Source: a virus
IMG/VR virus record: IMGVR_UViG_3300043774_000178
Location: 1-64,000 of that record
Direction: 5' to 3' (one strand)
DNA: 64,000 bases
Of the stretch, positions 37,301-50,400 are shown piece after piece. Numbering within the stretch: the first letter of the stretch is position 1; every line of letters begins with the position of its first letter. The position numbers were made by a program, and so were the translations under genes. The notes beneath the pieces are model-generated. The model was not told where the DNA came from. It saw only the letters and a program-made list of their open reading frames with translations, and did not search any database.

Positions 37301-38455
37301 CCTAAAGCTAAAGACTTACTTAAACCGGAATCATTTAGAATACCATTAAGTAAAGAAACTAAATCTATTGGTGCTGTTAAAACTATTACAGATACTCAGA
37401 GAGCTGAGATTAAAGGATTTGGTATTACTGATTCTCAAATTGAGCTAATGACTCAAAGAGAAATTGACTTACTTCTAAACCCAGAATTAAGGTCTGAGGT
37501 AATGATTGAAGACTTAAAGAAGAAATATAAAAATGCAGATACAGTTTTAGGAAAAACTATTCAAGAAAGAGTAGATACTATAGTACCAAGAAAAGATAGA
37601 GAAGCATCTATCATTCAAACAGGAAGACCTGTGTCAGAAGAAACAGTTAAGAAACTAAAGAGTCTAGGTTTTACTGATGAGATGATTGGTATAATGAGTG
37701 CAGAAGATATAGAAGAAGCTAAAAAGATCCGTAGAAAAGCAGATGCAAAAACTCTTATAGATAAGTATGCAGAACTTTTACCAAAAGAAGGATCTGAGGG
37801 TGACCAAGCTCCTCCTAAAAATTCTACTAATGCTAATCAGAATGTAGAAGAAAGTGCTGAACTAAGACAGTTTAGAGAAGGCTTAAGAGGACACCTAGCA
37901 AAAATGGATCTTATTGCACTAGATAAGTATGAAGCTGAGACTGTTGCAAACCTTATTAAAAACAAACAGATTACTGCTGAGTTTGCTATCATAGCGTCAG
38001 AAGAAATTCAAGCTAGAAGAGAAGAACTAAAACAAGGTGCACCATCTGAAGTAACTCCAGTTACTATTGAAAAAGGATCTGAATATGCGGTAGAAGTTAC
38101 TATCTTTGAAACAAGAAATCCTAATAATATTTTTGCAAAGCCTGGTGATGTTGTAAGAGTTGTAAGCTCTACTGAAAATAAAGTAGTAGTAAAGAACAGT
38201 AATAACAAACAAAAGACTTTAAGCTTTGAAGAGTTCAATAAAATGCTTATATTAAAAGAGAACGTAATGCAACCTAGTACTGATACAAGTGAAACTTTAA
38301 CTCCAGAAGAATCCTCTATAGTAGACGAATCTAATTCTGCAGCAATGGATCTATTAGATAGTCCAACTAGAATGGCAGAATTACAAAAAGAAGCTGAAGA
38401 TTCTAAAATAGAAGATCTGGAAAAAGATTTCTTAGACAGTATTGATGAATGTTAG
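31307..38455 (+). CDS. giant ejection protein with putative membrane segments and a PD-(D/E)XK nuclease domain
   Basis: 2382 aa. Hydrophobic Gly/Ala segments (AGLGLLTAATGGGAAPAW; AASGFFMGMFAGPL). Nuclease motif AGEIDL...IVDVKT...YELQQTTY at about 37040-37200. Confidence 0.7.
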   Translation: MATNDELFSPLDGLGTGYGKFDAPTPDVTGYTPFEGDRLKDPSINFPQTFFPPAPNIGSLTVPNQQIRTNVTGAPPRKAGPARGASPKDIVTSFNKMIKAQSQANPDNNYYAKIHSYDAGPAGPNFYKRYQAYGQETFDKIGFHPLRNNEAVFTEQTSGWDDFTRMLKHSAWPLFSRGFVSAPKSLFKAFQGDFSADTEDARVYEEAAAIGQSSRGGIGAFTSNLAMNFAYTAGIISEAIIEEAGLGLLTAATGGGAAPAWMASLANKGNQFKNLFRTLSKADNVVDASNIYRKSLKAMDNVDDTRRIWSAQKADKALNSGIGRFFNPVENTANAIMKGIKNEDNLTGLARAYTTGYNTVGGLYRDVRSINMALAEARLEGGMTQNDVYKELYNRYYEKTGRAPSDAEQELMIKQSKDAATTSMMWNTGLIYLSNKVVLDNIVGAGKGITGWTRGKIDDILDLKTGKVIKETEEVVLKSGKKFQKPKYKWEENTFKNKLLNIKKNPVSGTLSFAGTYLKGNIMEAGQEVAQEVIGDATKKYYVSTFKNEHLRTQQYATGLAKSAFDDLFSTSRGWETAASGFFMGMFAGPLNKSVELMSVGYDKYFNPEQYNEYKKVRDEYGKRIVNTLSSVDMNEFFNSRIWNYGVQGSMSDLRLADSEKLQRDAQDQAFITQMNTVLENDMMNHFIENLESYKGLTAEEFEEAFPNVPQGEGAKYIAKLDETIDRAKNLEKKYNFYKERFPDPVSAKDLEGLAPESKEYQNAQLLNEAWKVARYNGIFFSETFENVTKRMSGILDSVASQKLLKNASASDITVLFDPKLLANQADILRDEIDMMSKTEGTRPKDLLERKQKLEALDNYDKAVNTYLSFTMTKEAIAEKFINRAKMQGKELSDEELDSLVESEMSKRSESDQVEAAKQLEIAYKDYLKTLAGQTGDYVFDEQIDDSFIKLIDYYKLSDEAKLMNTYANLLMNPAGYLEQVEKNQEWMSELYNNRKEYYQEMVQEAIKAKESNDLLNFLASRNIYVSLDDFQRFLETGILPDEFYNDTNNTVIKRSNPEYIELARAFIKFNELNKQVIKAQSADETLRETLKNLDEKMMDEIEALEKSEVRNELGPIPTKKKGIGISDVMANVEDGQYADLIYMEGKDETQITVYRDGDVLKYNNKEGEEVNPKLKTKFISGVKYEIKLEPDAAEVEAIKEKYRAIKDLKVEEALAEKEKEQFEEDKFVEITPSTPIEEFPADLYNELYLMFEDYIDKTNIEVQDDEFTDRLANFIRTNSLAAEVIAEYNKNKKLEIATAPTGEVIVPTITTRDGKEVSVDELPEEEVRSYLNSFLSELKVLETKDKLEPQEQNRLYQIKRVADDLQKYVDSLDKTQFTEAQLATIEVLNQIKLKNEQLVRTPNGYIIDDTLHKRVTTEIQKLVSKGYQYTDIGKIRIAFNSTLGKTGLTVDSVDAFINKLREESPKGFSEYTYTELDQELKALAGQPTTAGTQADIERKSNESVKDFIERLFSNNYFSEVDGKQIFSLTQGRWGVVVNINGVQVPFYQSTSGTDTKVTGQWYPFFGDLGNWVIKGNSDDSNIGYGFKAIQNVQKFLNDNIKETDAIALSGIISTDVNQNKESLRSLDESKIKGNEKISLNKEATAKRLADVAGYSLEEGRKTKSDLELFELASKKIFAELAALEPKATENQVDRKAAVIEAGLGRELENIVRDRLRNEGVTQAERNKLTLTQEQSISLATEADYKTLLENNKRKLKEEEAKFEASQKEDFDPTTGEFETGENVAFYQNKIKSIEGIINIKPTAKPQFLTKAELRELVENLVQEKTYEDARIAGNYVDRAIRDFFAGRTPEFNEKYITKEAYDSLFGDSSAVDASGNRTSIGYLELAKQRLEEQGLYLYSEGLVLNDVDAVVAGEIDLIMVDRQGRVFIVDVKTGDATKWGNFNDPKNQYSKKEDYELQQTTYSNLLFNMTGLNSLVSLMPIEITKDKETGKILTASAPKAKDLLKPESFRIPLSKETKSIGAVKTITDTQRAEIKGFGITDSQIELMTQREIDLLLNPELRSEVMIEDLKKKYKNADTVLGKTIQERVDTIVPRKDREASIIQTGRPVSEETVKKLKSLGFTDEMIGIMSAEDIEEAKKIRRKADAKTLIDKYAELLPKEGSEGDQAPPKNSTNANQNVEESAELRQFREGLRGHLAKMDLIALDKYEAETVANLIKNKQITAEFAIIASEEIQARREELKQGAPSEVTPVTIEKGSEYAVEVTIFETRNPNNIFAKPGDVVRVVSSTENKVVVKNSNNKQKTLSFEEFNKMLILKENVMQPSTDTSETLTPEESSIVDESNSAAMDLLDSPTRMAELQKEAEDSKIEDLEKDFLDSIDEC

Positions 38456-38459
38456 TAAT

Positions 38460-41400
38460 ATGAAAATTACCTGTGCACTTTCACCCACTCAATTAGAGAA
38501 GTTATATAAACTTGTTTATAAAAATATAATCACTGCAGTAGAAAAAGGGGATACTACATTTGACCCTAATGTCTATATGCAGGATCTGTTTACTAAGATG
38601 GCTGATAATTCCTCAGAGGATAATGCCGCCAAGTTTATTCAACAGGTACCCATACTTTTAGTATCAATACAAGCTACTCCTAAAGTATTTAGAAGTGGTA
38701 TAAAGTTTCCTGAAGGCACAGACTTAAGAGAATTAGATTCTAGATATACTAATTCTGAAACAGGTATAGGTGAAATACTTAAAGACTTTGGATCATCAAA
38801 CATTAATGATCTTAGATCAAAGGTTCAAATGAATGCAAGGACTCAGTTTGATCCTACAGAAAGAGATCTTGAAGAACAAGAGATTCCAAGTGCACCAAGA
38901 CTAACATCATTCAACCCTAATACAGGAACCCTAATTGAGTTTCAACCTGTAAAGCCTGGTAAGAAAGCAGAAGATGTTCTGTTCCAAGAATCTATAAATG
39001 AAAATAGAACTACTATTTATACTACTATAAATAGATTAAGAGATGCTGTTGATCCTACTACACAACTAGTAAAAGATTTAGTATATCAAAATAGAACACT
39101 TAGATTAAAAGCAGTTCCTCTTGAAACTATTGACAGAGATTTACTTGATCAGACTACTTTAAAAGCAATTGAAAGATCACAAGTACTAAGAGCTGATAAA
39201 AAAACTCAAGCTGGTGTAGTTCAAACAGATAGTATGGTAGCATTAGTTGTTATTGATGCTGAAACAGGAGATTTTGTAAAGTTTGATGAGACCGGTGACA
39301 TAACAGATAATGTTGAAGGTAAGATAGTATATCAGTTCTTAAGACCTATAGCAAAGGATTCTAATGGAAAATATGTTGTTACTGATTTCTTTGCAAAAGA
39401 AAGAAGAATAGCTAAGCCTGACCTAGTTGCAACTAAGACATACTTTCCTGAAATGGGTATATCTTATGAGGAGTATCTTAAGCAAGTAGATAAAGAACAG
39501 CAAGAAGACTTTAAAAAAATAGAAGAACTTAGAAAAAAAGTTTTATCTGGAGAAGATATAGAACTTTCTATAATAAGTGTTACTGATGGTATTGCTCCTT
39601 CAGAAACTGGTATAAGACTTACTATACAAAAAATTAACGATAACTATTATGGTGATCTTAATTGGGAATCTATATTTAAAACAACAAGGATATTAAACAA
39701 GAAAGAAAAGGGATTAGGAGAAGGTGTTGCTGTTGTAGAAATAAAAGGTAAAGAATACGCAATAGATAGAAAAGACATACCTAATGATAAGGCAGAAGAA
39801 ATATCTTATGTATTAACAAATCCTAATATTCCTTTTGAAACAAGACTATCATTTTATCATCAGTTCTTTGGAGATAAGATATCACCTTCAGCTGTAAGTC
39901 ATAAGATAACTTATGATGTAGATACTAAAGAATTTAAGATCTTCATATATAATGAAACTTATGCTCAAAATAAAAACAGAAAAGAACCTAGAGGAATTGA
40001 TATATCGGATGCAGCATTAAAGAAAGCATCACCTGAGTTTTTAGAAAAATTAAGATATAATATAGAACAAAGATTAAAAAAAGGTAAGTCATCTGTTTCA
40101 GGAACAATGTATGCTGCTAAGATGAGTTATGTATCTGATTTATTTAAAGGTAATAAAGCATTCTTTACTTATGATATAAACACTCAGGAGTTTACACCAA
40201 CTAACTATACTAAGTTTATTACATCTCTTAACCCAGAAATTACTACAGCTCTGGAAGGAACTGAGAACTTTAATGCATCTATAGTATTTAACATGCCCTC
40301 ATCTATTGAGAGTAAGATTGAACAGACTAATAAAAATTTAAAAGCAGAAAAAGAAGATCCTGAATTAAGTGTAAAAGAAAACAAAGATGATTTAGTATCT
40401 TATCTTAAGACTGTTGGTGATGCTGAAACAGCATTAGTAGATACTCTTAATATTACAGAAAGTAAAAGTGGTAGCACTCTAACTTTTACATCTCCTTCTA
40501 ATGGATCTGAAATAACTGTAGGACTAGATCCAAAAGCTATTGATGAAAATTTAATACCTGAAAAAGAAGGTATAATTACATTAGGATTAGCTACAGTTGA
40601 AACAGATGACATATATGTAGAAGATGCAATAGAGGTTTTTCACAATGGTCAATTAATTGGATACGTTAGAGAAACTAGTACTCCTCAAGAAAGAGTAGAA
40701 AGAGAAAAATTTTACAAAGACAAAAAGAAAGAAATTCTAGCTCAGAGATTAGCAGAGCAAAATCAAATTCTTAACCCTACAAATGTTACTCAACCATCTG
40801 ATACAAAACAGAAGCCAGGTAAGAAAACAAAAATAGATCCTAGTAAATTCTCAGGTTTAAATAGAAGTAACTTACTAGATAATGGTGTCACTCAAGAGCA
40901 GATTACTGCTGCAGAGAAATGGTGGTCTTCACATCCACTAAATAAAGTTATTGGATTAGAGCACCTTACTAACATTGTTAATTCAAATGCTTTTGCAAGA
41001 TTTACTTCTTCTGCGCAGAAACTAACTGACCCTTCTTTACTAGGTAAAATAACTTTTTATAAAGGTGGTAGTTTAGTAGATATCTATCATGAAGCATGGC
41101 ATGCATTCTCTCAATTATATTTAACTAGAGATGAGAAGATAAAACTCTATGAGGAAGTAAGAAGAGCTACTCCAAAACTTGCTGATGCAAGCCAACGAGA
41201 AATAGAAGAAGAACTTGCAGAAGACTTTAGAACTTATGCTAAAAATCAAAAGGTAAAGAAAGACTCTCCTGTAAGAAACTCTTTGTTTAGAAAAATACTA
41301 AACTTTATAAGATCCTTTTTTGGAAAGAATCCTGCTAGTCAAGAAGTATCTAATAATCTATCTGATAATACAGTAGTAAAAGAACTGTATGATAAACTAT

Positions 41401-44400
41401 TTTTTGCTAATCAAAATCCTAGTTTATTAAATGACTATACTCCTCTTATTGACAATGTCATGTTTGACTCGCTAAATAGAGGTCCTCAGAGAGTAGATAA
41501 TAGAAAAGAACAAGCTTTGAGTAAAGCAGATGCAGATAAAGCAGTAGAAAGCTTAGATTCTATATTATCTGACTATATAGATGAGATCCATGACGTAAGA
41601 AAAAGTCAAGGAGATGCAAACTTAAAGTCTGGTAGTATTGCATTACTTTCAAGTCAAGTTGGTGAAGATGGTATAACTAATAAAGAAAGACTTTATGATT
41701 ATGCTAAATCAGAGTTTCAAGACAAACTCGAATATTGGCAAGATCAGCTAGGTGAAATATCTGGAGCTAACTTTAACAAGTTAAATTCTGTAGAAGAAAT
41801 AGAAAGAAATGCTATAGGTATAATTAGAAGTGAAAAAGGAAAACACAAATACTTTTTCTTAACTTCTCAAGTAGAAAATTTTGATAACCTAATACCTGAG
41901 TTAAAACGAGGTCAGAGAGTAAAAGGACAAGCATACTATAATATAAATGTAGTATCAGACTTCTATTCACATAAAAATATAAAAGTAGGTGACAGACCAA
42001 TAACTATTGCACTTGTATCAGATGTAAGAGATGCTGAGATACAATATGATAACTACATAAAAGGTGGAAATCAGGACGTTACTATTTTTGAGCAAAAAAA
42101 TCAACCGAACTTAGTACCTCTAACTCCTGAGCAACAAGCTATACAAAACAAAGTAAGATTGCTTGAGAAAGTTTTAGAGAACTGGGGTGATGCAAATACT
42201 GGTTTTGTAAAATATCATATGGAGAATAGTGACTTTGATATTATCAAAGAAACATTTGTTGAAGTAGAATATGATGAGGCTGGTGTAGAAGTAGATGAAA
42301 CAAGTCCTGAAGATGGTAAAGGTTCTGATGATACCTTCAATGATAAGACAGGTAAAGTATCATTAGAGAAACTAGCAAACAAAGAAACTGTATACCTACT
42401 AAAAAGTCTTTTTAAGATTGATAGAAAGACTGGTGAAACAATAGAAGATTCACTTGGATTTAAACAACGTGCAGACTATAGAGAAGTATGGAATGCAGTT
42501 GTAAGAGCAATGGGTGGAGAAAAGAATAGAGTTAAAGCTTATGAAAAACTAAAAAAAGCAGTATCTCATACTCCTGAATTAAAACAACTTATAGAGAAGA
42601 AGTTTCCTATGCCAGAGGGTATTACAAACCCATATGAGTTTAACATAAGCTCTTCATTCTGGCAAACATTCTCAAGACCAAGAGTACCTTATTTGCAGCT
42701 TACTGCATATATGAATGTAGAAAAAGTTTATGATCCTATATCAGGTTCAGAAACTTCAAAAGTTAGATCAGTAAACACTGAAGTTACTACAGCTTCTGTT
42801 GAGGTAAGTTCTACATTAAGAAAGTTTGAGACTAAATTTAAGACTGATCTTAATAATCCATATGTTACAAGAACAGCAAGTAATGAAACTCTATTAAAAG
42901 TACAGGAGGTAGCTAAAGCTTTTGCAAATAAGAAAACAGCAGATCTTAATGTTGCTGACTCATTTAATTTTGCAAGAGCTATAGGTTTCTATGTTGATGA
43001 TTTACTATCTATAAAGAAAGAACTTAAAGATAATCCGGGTCAATATGGGTTGCAATATATCTATGATGTTGTAAAAGGGTTTGCTGCAATAGAAGCTAAA
43101 GGTGCAGAAGCTACAGTAGAACAATCTAAGAAGTTATTAGAATTCAAAAGAAATCCTGTACAAGTATTATCTAGTGAGATTCCTAAAGGTATACTAGGAG
43201 ATAAGTCTGTTAACATGAGTACTAATGTTGATAGATTAGCTAAGCTACAAATTAACCTTGGTGTAGATTCTTCTAACTATTCAGTGTTTAGTGCTGATAG
43301 AAATAAGGTATTTGAGTTTATCAATGACCACTCTATAAGTAGAATGGTTGATGCTATAAATGATGTAAATAAGTTAACTGAGCTTTGGACAGAGTCAGAG
43401 TATAAGTACATGAGCTACTTGGATTGGAACAAAAATACATTTACTCAAAAGTCACAAATACTTAAAAGTCTATTTGATTTTACTGATCCAGAATTTGAGA
43501 AAAGAGAAGGTAAGTCACTCAAGTTATTTAATGACTCTGGTACTCAAGCTGTTATAAATGAAAATGGTAGGACTGAGTTTTTTACAGGAACTAATACTAC
43601 TTCACAAGATATCAATGGTAAGTTCATTCAAGAACTACACATGATGTTAAAAGGTGGTGTCCAAGAGTTTATTAGACACGCATCAAAGAAAACAGCACAA
43701 GGTGTAAAGGTAGATGGTGGAATAATAGGTGGTATTGAAAAAGGTATAGACCCTAATCTATATGTAGATATATCTATGTTCAAACCTGATGGTGCAGGTG
43801 TAAGCTATGCATTCAATCAAATACTATTACCATATATTACTGTAGAGTTTGATAGGATACAAAAGTTTAAAGCTAACAAAGAGAAGTATCTTAACTTCCT
43901 CGGATATAATAATAGAGTTGGTGGTACTAAAGAAAATCCTATTTATGCAGGAGAAGTATTCACAGCTTTTGATAATGTTATTACTGATAGTGTAAAACAA
44001 AAGTTGTATAATCTACCACTAGGTACAGATCTTAATGCGTACTTAAGAAGTAATCCTTCACTGAGATTAGAACTACAAAGAGATGTTGAACAGTACTTTA
44101 AAGAACAGACTCTTGATAATATCAGCATGCTTGAAGAGAACAAGTTTATAGACAGCTCTCTCTTTGATAAGTTAGGTATGCCTGCCCCTGTTAATGAAAC
44201 TCGTGAACAAAAACTAACAAGAGAAAAAGAGGCTGAAGCTTTGCTTGTAAAAGCATATACATACAACTCCTGGATACATAACTTTGAGACAATACATCTT
44301 TTCTATGGTGATATGGCTCAGTACAATCACATAAAAGAAGAGTTGCATAAGAGAAATACAGGATCTACTTCAGGTGGTATTAAGTTCTTATCAGATAAGC

Positions 44401-47400
44401 CTGCTCAAGACTTTATCAATAATAGTTTTAATCTTAAAACTTACGGTGCAAAGCTTGCTAAAGATTTAAAAGATGATAACTATAACTCTTTCTTCTTTGA
44501 CGGTACTTTAAACTCAGCAGTAATTCAGGATATAGAAAGAGAATCCGTTTACTTAACTGAGATAGAAGAAGCATTAAGAGAAGACTATACTGAGAGTCTT
44601 AAAAAGTTTAATTATACTGACAAGCAAGTTAAAGAAATAGTAGATAAGAGAATTAAGGAAGAGATAAAAGCATACAAGAAAATGACTGAAGGTGATGGTG
44701 CTGGATACATTACTCTTGATGCATATAGAACTCTTAAGAAATTATCTAATGAGTGGACTGATGATGTTCAGGAAAAGATTTATCAAGACATCATTAATGG
44801 AAGACCGGTTAAAGCAAAAGATATAAAAGAATTCTTCCCTGTATACAAACTTCAGTATTTTGGAAATATAGATACAGGAAAAGATAATCTTCCTGTTACA
44901 GCAATGCATAAGTTTGCACTTACTCCTTTGATACCAAGTGTATTTAAAGGTACAGAGTTAGAGAAGATGCATAAAGAAATGTTGAGAAACAATGTTCAGT
45001 ATGTAACATTCCAATCTGGTTCTAAAGTATCTGGTGTAACAAGCAATGGTAAAGTTGATGATATCTATGCAGACAGTGAGAGAAAGACTCTAAAAGATAA
45101 AATGGAGTTCACTCCTAACAAAATCTATTTAGAATATCTTAAAGATGTAACTAAAGTACCTAATAAGTTTAAAGAAACAATTACATATCCTACTCAGCTT
45201 AGAGGACTTCTTTTAGATGGTATCTATAATGAAGGAAACATAATTGATAAAGTATTTACAGAACCTGCAAATCAGTATAAGAATGCAGTTGATGGTTATT
45301 CAGAGTTGCTTAAGATTGAGTTGCTCAATGAAATAGGATATGAGTACGATGAGAAAACAGGTAAGTACACAGGGAATCTTCAGGACTTCCTTGAAATGGT
45401 TCAGAAAGAGTTAGAGAAAAGAGATCTTCCTGAACAACTTGTTAAGTTCGTAGGAGTAAATTTGGACAAGAGTCTAAGAACAGACTTATCTCTACACTTA
45501 GAAGCAGATACAATAGAAAAGATTCTTTTATCTGTAGTTCAGAAAAGACTTATTAAGCAGAAAGTAAAAGGAGAAGCTTTTGTACAGATACCTAGCTCTA
45601 TGACTAATGGGGGTTGGGGAAGTAAATTTAAGCTAGGTACAGTAGAGGACAGAAAGAAATTTATGGGTTCCAATACTCTTCCTTTCTATAAAAGAAATAA
45701 AGGAGGAAAGACATCTGCTATGAAAGTAGCTGTGGCTTTGCAAGGTGACTTTGAAAATTTACTTAAGCTTAAATATAATGATGAGGTAATAGGTGATATC
45801 AATACTCTAAATGAGGCAATTAAGGATGATGCTTGGTTAGAAAAACATAGAGAAGCTATAACACTTGCTGGAGCACGTATTCCTATTCAGAACCTTAACT
45901 CAATGGAATTTGCAGAGGTCTATCACTTCTTAGATCCTACTGCAGGTAACATGATTATAGTACCTACTGAGATTGTAGCTAAAGCAGGATCTGACTTTGA
46001 CGTTGATAAAATCTTCTTTAGTTTACCACACATTGATAAGAAAGGTAGATTTATTAAGACTAAGCTGACTAACCAAGAGTTAGAAGCTAAAATAAAAGCT
46101 GCAAAGAAACCTAAAGAAAAAGCTGCAGTTAAAGCTTTGATTAAAGAACAGAAACAAGCTTTAGAAAATAACCTCATAAGTACAACAAGAGGTATCCTAG
46201 AAGTAGATAAAAACTATTCAAACCTTGTAAGACCTAATGCTACATATCTAATGCAGGATATGGTAGAGTCCTTAGAAGATTATGTAGTTGACTACAGTAG
46301 GTATAATACTATGCACGATGAGGGTATAAGAATGTTTACTGATAATGACGGTAAACAGAAAAGAGTTATTAGTCCAACAAGAACACTTGAAGCTAGATAT
46401 AATTTACAGAAGCATCAGGTAAACATGGTAGGTAAAGATACTCTTGGTATTGTAGCTCTTGAAAACAAACAGCATCCTATTTGGAAATCTATAATGGCTA
46501 AGATGCCTCTTTTTTACAAAGAAGCAGTTTGGAGTAATGGATTAGGTAAGTATGTTGAAATACCTGAGATAGACAAGTTTATGTATCTCAGAATGAATCA
46601 TAATAAGATAGGTGATAATATCTCTATGTCATCCATGTATTCAAAAGATGGAGACAGAATATCAGATCTTATATCTCATATGATGAATGGTCTTTTAGAT
46701 GTAGAAAAAGATCCTTGGGTATTCTTTATTCAAGCTAACTTAGAACAGATACCTGTAATTAACTATTTACTTCAAGCAGGTGTACCTAAAAAAGAAGCAA
46801 TATACTTTGCTGCTCAACCTGCAGTAAGAGAGTATGCTAAAGTACAGAGAAACCTTAAGAGTACATTCTCTGCATTCAATAGTGCAACACCTATCAATGA
46901 AGCAATGATAGCAGCACAAGCTGCAAAAATTGTATTTGAAAATAATTTTGGTAATAGCTCTTTAGGTGAACAAGCTAGAGATGAGCGTCTTGGTCAAGTA
47001 TTTGACAAGTTTAAAAACAAAGATGTTTATATAACTTATGGTGTAAAAGGTACAAGTGAAGTTTATGAGGGTCCTCTTAAAGGTTTTGAAGACTTTTATT
47101 TTACATATAATGTAGCTAATAAAGTTCCAATTTTTATTAAAGGTATCAATGAAGCAAAAACAGGAAGAATATTATTTCAGCCTTCAGTAAATCCTGTAGC
47201 ATCAAGTAACATTTACTATAGTTCAAAAATTGTAAATGGTGCAAAAAACTTTACAGAAGAAGAGTTATATGATAATATTAAGAATAACAGATTTGATCTA
47301 GGATCATTCTTACATTTCTTAGAAATTGAGCAACAAATAAAAGGTATCCAAGCTGTTAAAAGACAAGCTAATCCAGATACTAAACTTGTAAAAACTGCAT

Positions 47401-50400
47401 ATCAAATTAACAAGCAAGAACTTGCATATGAGAATGTAGTTGATTCTTCTAAAGTAGATAATGATTTACCAGTAGCTATTAGGGAAAGATCTATCTTAAG
47501 CTCATTCTATGCTAGTAAACTAACAAAAGATTTAGTAACTCCTGTATTTCCTTTAAGATTAAATAATGAGATAAATGACTTTATCACAAATAGATTAAAT
47601 TTTGGAAGTCAGAGAATCAAGAAAAGATTTGGTGCAGGAGTAGATGGTCAAGAGAAGTTTACATCTAGCTTTAACAATGGTGTAGTTAATTATATATTCC
47701 AGAACTATCTTTCTAACTATATAGATAATAGTGGTAAAGCTACAGTTCTCCCAACTGTTTATAGGGAGATGACAGTAATCAGTGCTCCATTTAAAGAAGG
47801 AGACAATGAGTACTTTATACATGTAGACAAAGCAAATAAAACTATTAACGTAGACCTTGAGGAGTTAAAAGATATCTATGATAATGGTTTATACTTAAGA
47901 AGCAATAGAGAAGAAGGTAGCTACAATGATATAGGTTTATATAGCTTTATTGATGCTAACAATCCTTTTGATACATTTGAGTCCTTTGTACGATACACTA
48001 TTGAAGAAGCACACCTTAGAAGCATATATACTCCTGAGAGTCTTAAGGGTAATAAAACTTATGAAAGATATGAGAAAATAGTTAAGAGAGGTCTTAAAGA
48101 TGCAAAGCAATCAGAAATAGATGCTAAAGCATTTAATGCATATATAGCACAGAGAGCATTACTAAATGTTTACAATCCTAATGCTATAATGAAAACAGAT
48201 CTCTTCTCATACTCAGATCAAATCATGAGTGTAATAGAAGACTATCAAGGAACATCTCTCATGGATACGTATCCTATACTAAATCAATTTGAGATAGCAC
48301 AGTTCCCAGCAAAAAGAGGAGTTAAACTTATTACACTAAAAGATAAGAGTTTAGCAGAAGGTGATGTAGCATTTGGATACTATCAACAACTAAGACAACT
48401 TGGTGATATAAATATCAGAAAAGTAAATGACCCAGTAGAGAACAAAAGAATCAGTGATCTATTTAAGGTCTTTACTAATATGATGATATATCAACATGGT
48501 ATAGGATATAGTCCATATGGATTCCCTAAAGTACTAGACCCGGACCCATTTGTAGAAGTAATGAGAAATGCCAGTGCTAGATTTATGCAGGGTAATCTAA
48601 ACAATGATACTTTATCTAGTATATATGAAACAGTAGTATCTGATAGTCCATTACAAAAAGACTTTAGAAACTATGTAAAAACTGTTGAAGAGTTTAATAA
48701 AGGTGTTAAAGAAATAGATAACAGTTCTGAAAACCCAGAAGAGATAGAAGGAGAAAGTGAAGGTACATCTACTCAACCAACAGCCCAACCTGCTACAGGA
48801 GGAACAATTAGTTCCACTATATATGAACTTAATCCTAATATTACAGAAAAAGAAATTAAGAAGATATATAACAACTATGTTGCTCTAATGAATCTTAGGA
48901 GAGAAGGTAAACAGATAAGTTATAAAACTTTTAAAAGTCTTCTGGACTCTTACCAAGTATATAAATATAAAGACACTTATATATTTGGACAGTATGATAA
49001 TAAGAATGCGGTGTTTATTACAAGGATGAATAGTTCTCCAACTAGTAAAGAATTGCTAGCAGAAGCTATACCAAATCTTGTAAGTAAGGGATTAGACTTT
49101 ATGTCTTTTGTACCTAAAGATTATGCAGAAAAATTAGTAAGAAGTGGATATACATCTTCTACTGACTCATATTCTTATAATTTCAAGGGAGAAAAGATGC
49201 AAAAGTTTGCTGTAGCATCCAATCCTTTAATCTTCCAAAAAGTATTTAACAAGAAGTTTGATGAAGTAACTGCAGAAGAAATAGAAGATTATGCTGACTC
49301 AGTTGAGTTAAAGTATAAACCGGTTGAAATAAATGCTGATCTTATACAACAAGCAGGTAATGATCTTTCTAAAGTCTTAGAAACTTATCTTGGACAATTT
49401 GGAATACGTGTTGATGACATAAATGTTATAAAGGATAAACTAAAAGTTGATGAATTAGGTTTTGCAGATATACTATCTAAAGTTGCATATGTAAAAGATA
49501 AAAAAGATTTACCACCAATAGCTGGAGAATTCATTGCTTACATGATGCAGTATAATCCTTTAGTTCAGAGTATTGTAAATGATCTGATTCAGACTAATGC
49601 TATACTTATACCTAAAGACAGTTATACATTTAACGAGCAAGGGAATAAAGTTTATAACTATAAGTCTCTTGATAAAACAGAGTTCTTTAAATACATAGGT
49701 AAGTTAATCTCAGAAGATCTACAAAACAAACTTGAGGGTAACTATAATAAGTCTCTAGTACAGAAAATCAAAGACTTGATAAAAACATTCTTTGACTACA
49801 TTAATAGAACTCATATTGATAGGATAAATACTAATGTAGGTATCATATCAAATAACATCCTTCAACAGAACAAGAAGTTGATCACTTCATCTTTATATAA
49901 ACCTGGAGCATTTGGGCAACCAACTCAACAGGTAGATATTGAGTTTGCATTAAAACAAGATCAATTTGGAGCATCTATTATATACTCTTTAGCAAATGAA
50001 GGATTCATACTTACAGGAAGTACTGCACTATCAGAACAAGGTACAATCCTAAGACCTGATGAGAATCCTCTCCATGATATTGATTGGGTAAGTCCATTTA
50101 ATAGAAAGGAAACTGAAGAGAAGTTCTTAAAAGTATATCCAGATGCTGTTAAAGTAAGAGACATATATGGGGAAGGTTATATAACTGATAGCTATCTTAT
50201 TGCACCTGAAGGACACTCAATAGCTAATTATAAAGCTGATAACTTTAACGGTAAAATAATTATGAATTCCTATGATGTACTAGATAGTAGTGGTGCTGTA
50301 GTAGGTACATACCGACTACAGAAACAAGAGAATAATAATCAAATGGAAGAAGTTGTTACAGGTGTAGAAGGTAAAGTTATTGACTTCTTTAGTTATGAAA

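Noticed and set aside
40560-40680. HIRAN-like motif DAIEVFHNGQLIGYV in the RNAP N-terminal region
   Set aside because: Only a short partial match; it cannot be supported without a profile search.
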